61,080 bases of DNA, taken from IMG/VR virus record IMGVR_UViG_3300038829_000267, positions 1 to 61,080 of that record; one strand, written 5' to 3'. This DNA comes from a virus. Its lineage: Duplodnaviria; Caudoviricetes. Numbering within the stretch: position 1 is the first letter of the stretch; every line of letters starts with the position of its first letter. The position numbers and the translations under genes were made by a program. Of this stretch, positions 56,933-61,080 are shown piece by piece. Below the pieces are notes generated by a model, which saw only the letters and a list, made by a program, of their open reading frames with translations, was not told where the DNA came from and ran no database searches.

Positions 56933-57459
56933 GCGTTGATGCCCAGGACATCGCGCGCCGTGCGAACGGTCTGGCGCTGAACGTTCTCGGCCTCGGCCGC
57001 GTGACAATCGGGACCGGTTTCAACCTCTCGACAGGCCGGATGCTCCTCGACGTCACTACCAGCGCGGGAGTGACTCTGGTGGATGCCGATATCGAGGAGA
57101 GCGACCTAGCCCAGGTCGTCGTGACCATCGCCGCCGCGAATCAGCGAGCCAGGGTCGTTCTCTGCTGCTATTGCGGGGGGACGATCCCCGGTCTCGACCC
57201 GAGTCGTCCGGAGGAAGCCCGGGCAGCAATGGCCGCCCATGACCAGGACTGCCAGGAGAACCCAGTGGCAATGCGGCTCGCCGCGTTCGAGCCCTTCGTG
57301 CGGCGGATCGCTGCGGCGAGAGACGCCGTCGTCGGCTACGCCGCGTCGACCACCGACATGCACCCGACGCGGCACGGCCGCGAGCTGCAGGCGGAGCTCG
57401 ACACCGCGGTGATGCTGCTGTGCGACGCCTTCAACGCTGCTGAAGGCGGTGAGCCTTGA
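56929..57459 (+). CDS. hypothetical protein
   Basis: Coupled; CYCG...HDQDC. Confidence 0.55.
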   Translation: MSVDAQDIARRANGLALNVLGLGRVTIGTGFNLSTGRMLLDVTTSAGVTLVDADIEESDLAQVVVTIAAANQRARVVLCCYCGGTIPGLDPSRPEEARAAMAAHDQDCQENPVAMRLAAFEPFVRRIAAARDAVVGYAASTTDMHPTRHGRELQAELDTAVMLLCDAFNAAEGGEP

Positions 57460-57821
57460 GCGTGTCGCAGGTCGACCATCGGAAGGTCTTCGGCGCTGGC
57501 TTCCACGCTGGCCTTCGTGCCGCCGAGACCGAGGAGCGTGACCGGCTGCCCGACTCCACACAGGTGATGCTGTCCTGGGAAGGAGGGTCTGGCGGCAAGG
57601 TCAAGCTCGTATCCTGGCCTGACCCTCAGGACCGAGCCTTTCTCTATACCGCGCTGGCCTGCGATTGCGCGCAACATCAGATGTCGCCGCGCGATCGCCA
57701 GCTGTCGGTCCTGCGCTGGGCGCTGCTCCTGGTGGTGCACTTCGACTGCTCACCGACGGCGGTTCACCGTGCCCTTCTCGGGCTGCGGGAGTACCACGAG
57801 CTGGGGATGGCGAACCCGTGA
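57456..57821 (+). CDS. hypothetical protein
   Basis: Coupled ORF. Confidence 0.5.
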   Translation: MSVSQVDHRKVFGAGFHAGLRAAETEERDRLPDSTQVMLSWEGGSGGKVKLVSWPDPQDRAFLYTALACDCAQHQMSPRDRQLSVLRWALLLVVHFDCSPTAVHRALLGLREYHELGMANP

Positions 57822-58678
57822 CCGGCACGATCGCCCTCGAGCGCACGTACCTGCACCCGGACATGGCGCGCGAGCTCGCCGCGCCGGTCCGGTCGCACAA
57901 CAGCCTTCCTCCGGCACCACCCGCGGGCGCCTTCCGCTACTGGACGACGCGCGAGATCGCGATCCTCCGCGAGACCTACCCGTCGGGCATCCAGGTCGCC
58001 ATGGCAGCGCTGCCGGGGCGCACGCCCTCGGCGATCTACGGCAAGGCCGGCCAGCTCAAGCTGCACGGCCCGGTGGACCAGAGCGGCCGCCGCGGCGGCC
58101 GCAAGCAGGTGCACCGCCCCACCCCGTCGATCGACCAGCTCATCCGAGAGGTCTACCAGGGCACTCCGGTGCTCGGAGCCGTTCGCGACCTGGCCCGGAA
58201 GATCGGCAAGCCCTCCTGGTGGGTGAAGAAGCGCGCGGTCGCCCTGGGTTTCGTGGTGCCACGGTTCAAGCAGCCCGAGTGGACGGCAACCGAGGACGCC
58301 ATCATCGAGGCAGCCGCCCACCTCCACCCGAAGGCGATCCGCAAGCGCCTCGTGGCCGCCGGCTTGCGTCGCTCCGAGACCGCCATCGTCGTGCACCGGA
58401 CCCGCCTCGGCCTCAGCAGCAAGAATCCGGATCACCACACCGCAAACGACTTGGCCAAGTGCCTGGGAGTCGACCCGTCGACGGTGGCCAACTGGATCAC
58501 CAGGGGCTGGCTGCAGGCGACGAAGCGCGGGACTGAGCGGACGCCTCAGCAGGGCGGTGACCAGTGGTGGATCCACCGGAGTGCCGTCCGGCGGTTCATC
58601 ATCGATCACGCCGCGGTGGTGGACCTGCGCAAGGTCGATCGCTTCTGGTTCATCGACCTCCTGGCGGGCCCAGCATGA
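57818..58678 (+). CDS. DNA-binding protein with Myb-like repeats and C-terminal HTH
   Basis: YWTTRE, EWTATED; LAKCLGVDPSTVANWITRGWL. Confidence 0.7.
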   Translation: MTGTIALERTYLHPDMARELAAPVRSHNSLPPAPPAGAFRYWTTREIAILRETYPSGIQVAMAALPGRTPSAIYGKAGQLKLHGPVDQSGRRGGRKQVHRPTPSIDQLIREVYQGTPVLGAVRDLARKIGKPSWWVKKRAVALGFVVPRFKQPEWTATEDAIIEAAAHLHPKAIRKRLVAAGLRRSETAIVVHRTRLGLSSKNPDHHTANDLAKCLGVDPSTVANWITRGWLQATKRGTERTPQQGGDQWWIHRSAVRRFIIDHAAVVDLRKVDRFWFIDLLAGPA

Positions 58679-58932
58679 GCGTCGAGCTGTTCTTCGGCGC
58701 TGACGGCGTCGCACGGGCGATCTACACCGACGACGTCGACCTACGCGAGCTCGCCACCGCCATCGGCGAATACTCGATCGAGCGCGCCAGCCATGTGGAG
58801 CCTGACCAGGACGGCCGGTGGCGCGCCTGCCTGTCGCCACAGGGCGGCCCGCACCTCGGACCGTTCGCCCGCCGCGCCGACGCCCTGGCCGCCGAGACCG
58901 CATGGCTCCGAGAAAGGCTGGCCACGTCGTGA
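58675..58932 (+). CDS. small conserved protein (RASHVEP motif)
   Basis: AIYTDD.DL...RASHVEPD..GRW...GPF..R.DAL.AE..WL. Confidence 0.7.
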   Translation: MSVELFFGADGVARAIYTDDVDLRELATAIGEYSIERASHVEPDQDGRWRACLSPQGGPHLGPFARRADALAAETAWLRERLATS

Positions 58933-59594
58933 GGACGATCAGCGAGGCAGCTCGTGCCGCCGTCATCGTCGAGTACTCGGTGTCGCAGTCGGTCACCAAG
59001 GCGGCCGCGGCCGCAGGCGTCGGCCGCACGTCCGCGCACCGAGCGCTGCAGGCGGTGGGGGCGATCGCGCGCCCGACGCCGATCTATCCGGTGGCCCTGG
59101 CCAGGGAGGCTGTGCGACTGCACGACGAGGGTCTCACCCAGACCGCGATCGCCGAGCGGCTCGGAGGGCCCTCACGGGCGTGGGTCGGGGAGCAGGTCGC
59201 GCGCGCCGGCCGGAGCCGCACTCAGAGCGAGACGGTCGAGCTGGCGCAGCTGGTGCGCCACGGACGTGACTACGCGCCGCTGCGGCGCCGAGCGAAGGAG
59301 CTCCGCGCGAAGGGCTGGACACTCAAGCGGATCTCCATCGAGCTCGGGGTCTGCGGCCACAGCGTGAAGCGGTGGCTCGGCCTCCAGGGCGTGCCTGTCG
59401 AGTACCACTACTGGGAGGCGCCCACCGTCGAGGCGGCAGCCCGCCGCGCTCGCCGTCGGCGCGTGATGGCCCTCTGGATGGCCGGCCGGGGTACGCGGGA
59501 GATCGCCCAGGCAGTCAGGGCGAGCCGGTCGACCGTGCAAAACGATCTGCGTGCCGAGGGTCTGCTCGAGCGTCGGCCGAGGAGGGCAGCGTGA
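58929..59594 (+). CDS. multi-HTH DNA-binding protein
   Basis: Four tandem HTH-like segments. Confidence 0.7.
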   Translation: MRTISEAARAAVIVEYSVSQSVTKAAAAAGVGRTSAHRALQAVGAIARPTPIYPVALAREAVRLHDEGLTQTAIAERLGGPSRAWVGEQVARAGRSRTQSETVELAQLVRHGRDYAPLRRRAKELRAKGWTLKRISIELGVCGHSVKRWLGLQGVPVEYHYWEAPTVEAAARRARRRRVMALWMAGRGTREIAQAVRASRSTVQNDLRAEGLLERRPRRAA

Positions 59595-59926
59595 GTGCAC
59601 TGAGGCCTGTCGAACAACTGGACGCCGACGCCCGCAGACTTCTGCGCCCGGCTGAGCTCCTGGAGAGGTATCCGGGCCTCAAGGCTCGGACGCTCGAGTA
59701 CTGGATCAAGCGCGCGGCAACGCGGCGCGTGGTGCTGAACGGCCGGGAACGCGTGCTCGAAGGGAACGGTCTCGAGCCTGCGATCCTCCGAAAGGGCCGC
59801 ATGGTCTGGATCCGCACCGAGCTGTTCCTCCGCTGGTGGCTCGAGGGCGACATCGAGACGCCCCTGCCGCCAGGCCGAGCCGAGGCGTTCGAGCGCAAAC
59901 CGCTTCCCAGCCGCGCGGAGGGCTAG
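59591..59926 (+). CDS. putative excisionase / DNA-binding protein
   Basis: LLRPAEL...TLEYWI...GRMVWI; converges on the integrase. Confidence 0.55.
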   Translation: MSALRPVEQLDADARRLLRPAELLERYPGLKARTLEYWIKRAATRRVVLNGRERVLEGNGLEPAILRKGRMVWIRTELFLRWWLEGDIETPLPPGRAEAFERKPLPSRAEG

Positions 59927-61080
59927 TTGACGAGCTCGGACTCCGCCACGGCTGCGGCGACCTCGGTGACGGTCGCCGCCACCACCGCGGCGCCCTTCCG
60001 GCCGTGCTCGGCGGACATGTGGGCATAGCGCATCACCGACCTGGTGTCCTTGTGACGAGAGACGCCCATGAGGTCGGGGAGCGACATGCCGGACATCCGG
60101 GCCCAGGACATCGCGGTGTGACGCAGGTCGTGCGGCCTGAAGTCCGCGATCTTGGCCTTGCGAAGGGCTACCAGCCAGGCGCTGCGCGGGAAGCTCGGCA
60201 GGTGCCCGCCCTTGGCGCCATTCCGACCCGTCCGAAGCCGCGGGAAGACCCATGGAGAGCCGCCCGCCGGCGCGTCGATCCGCGTCTTCATCACCTCGAG
60301 CGCGAGGCCCTCGAGCGCGACGTAGCCGGGTTCGTCGGTCTTCGTCTCGGTGGCGCGCAGGGTGAAGCAGGCGTCAGCGATCCGCACGTCCGTCCTGCGG
60401 AGGGACAGCAATTCGTCGACCCGGCAGGCCGTGCAGACCAACAGGACCACCAGATCGTAGAGCACGTCGCTTCGGCTCTGGCTGCAGGCGGCCAAGAGGC
60501 GCTCGAGCTCGGACAGTCCGTCGCCCTCGGCGACGTCGACCGGCCGCGACAGCCAGCGAGTGCGCTCGACCTCGTCCTGGCGAGTCACCAACTTGGCGGG
60601 GTTCTGGACACTCACGAGACCGATCTCCGGCCGCGCGGCCCAGCTGAACACGCTCGAGATCGTCTGCAGGTAGCGATTGACCGTCATGCCCGAGAGCGTG
60701 CGCCCGGCTGCGCGCCGGGAGGGCTTCCGCAACAGTCGGTCGCGACAGGTCGCCAGGTCCTTCGGAGTGATGCTGGCCATCTCGCGCTTGCCGAGCTGCT
60801 CGACCCAGAACACCAGGTGGTTGCGATAGAGGCCGGCCGAGTCGGGGATCTCCGGCAAGTAGCGCTCGTCGAACTCCTTGACCACCTGGGCGAGCGTCAG
60901 CCCCTTGTTGCCCGGGTCGAGCCCAGCTCGGAGGGCGATCTCCGCGTCGCGAGCGCAGGTACGGCGGCACTCGGCCGAGGGACAGGTGCCGTAGGCCTTT
61001 CGTCCCTTGAAGCTGGCGCGCCATGGCCAGCGCCACTCGCCGCTCGACTTGGACTTCCTCTTCGGGAGGTAGGTCGGCAT
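59923..61080 (-). CDS. int: tyrosine recombinase / phage integrase
   Basis: TVNRYL, ACRVDELL, TKT, FRPHDLRH, H...MRYAH. Confidence 0.95.
   Translation of the reverse strand: MPTYLPKRKSKSSGEWRWPWRASFKGRKAYGTCPSAECRRTCARDAEIALRAGLDPGNKGLTLAQVVKEFDERYLPEIPDSAGLYRNHLVFWVEQLGKREMASITPKDLATCRDRLLRKPSRRAAGRTLSGMTVNRYLQTISSVFSWAARPEIGLVSVQNPAKLVTRQDEVERTRWLSRPVDVAEGDGLSELERLLAACSQSRSDVLYDLVVLLVCTACRVDELLSLRRTDVRIADACFTLRATETKTDEPGYVALEGLALEVMKTRIDAPAGGSPWVFPRLRTGRNGAKGGHLPSFPRSAWLVALRKAKIADFRPHDLRHTAMSWARMSGMSLPDLMGVSRHKDTRSVMRYAHMSAEHGRKGAAVVAATVTEVAAAVAESELVN

Larger units (their letters stand above)
1..61080. mobile_element. Temperate tailed phage / prophage, HK97-type head, long non-contractile tail likely
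   Basis: Ordered terminase, portal, protease, capsid, tail and lysis genes plus a repressor switch and integrase. No tail sheath gene recognised. No host genes or att sites visible. Confidence 0.96.

Noticed and set aside
1-61080. tRNA, rRNA, IS elements, att sites
   Set aside because: None recognised by eye. The window starts and ends exactly on start codons, so att sites would lie outside. tRNAscan was not run.

Overview
The whole window is one GC-rich temperate tailed phage (prophage or permuted genome) with siphovirus-like organisation. Left to right: HNH/terS/terL packaging genes, HK97-type head (portal, S49 protease, capsid), neck and tail genes (tail chaperone with a -1 slippery site, 2131-aa tape measure, LamG-containing tail protein), a lysis cassette, an accessory block, a cI/cro-like switch with a clear promoter and two operators, a long rightward early operon (two adenine methyltransferases, replication protein, ParB, Ycf46-like AAA module), and a tyrosine integrase at the right edge. 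The most striking element is a three-gene cassette next to the repressor (36977-38569): a borosin-type peptide backbone alpha-N-methyltransferase with intact catalytic residue spacing, a 42-aa acidic peptide with a hydrophobic tail (candidate precursor), and a PAS-like protein. This looks like a phage-borne split-borosin RiPP or signalling module. Other notable items: a HipA-like kinase/DUF3037 pair, a 54 x 12-bp two-site 'binary' coding repeat, a structured probable antisense RNA upstream of the Dam-like methylase, a structured capsid leader, and several virion-module genes with signal peptides. All family assignments come from motif recognition by eye; no database search was run.
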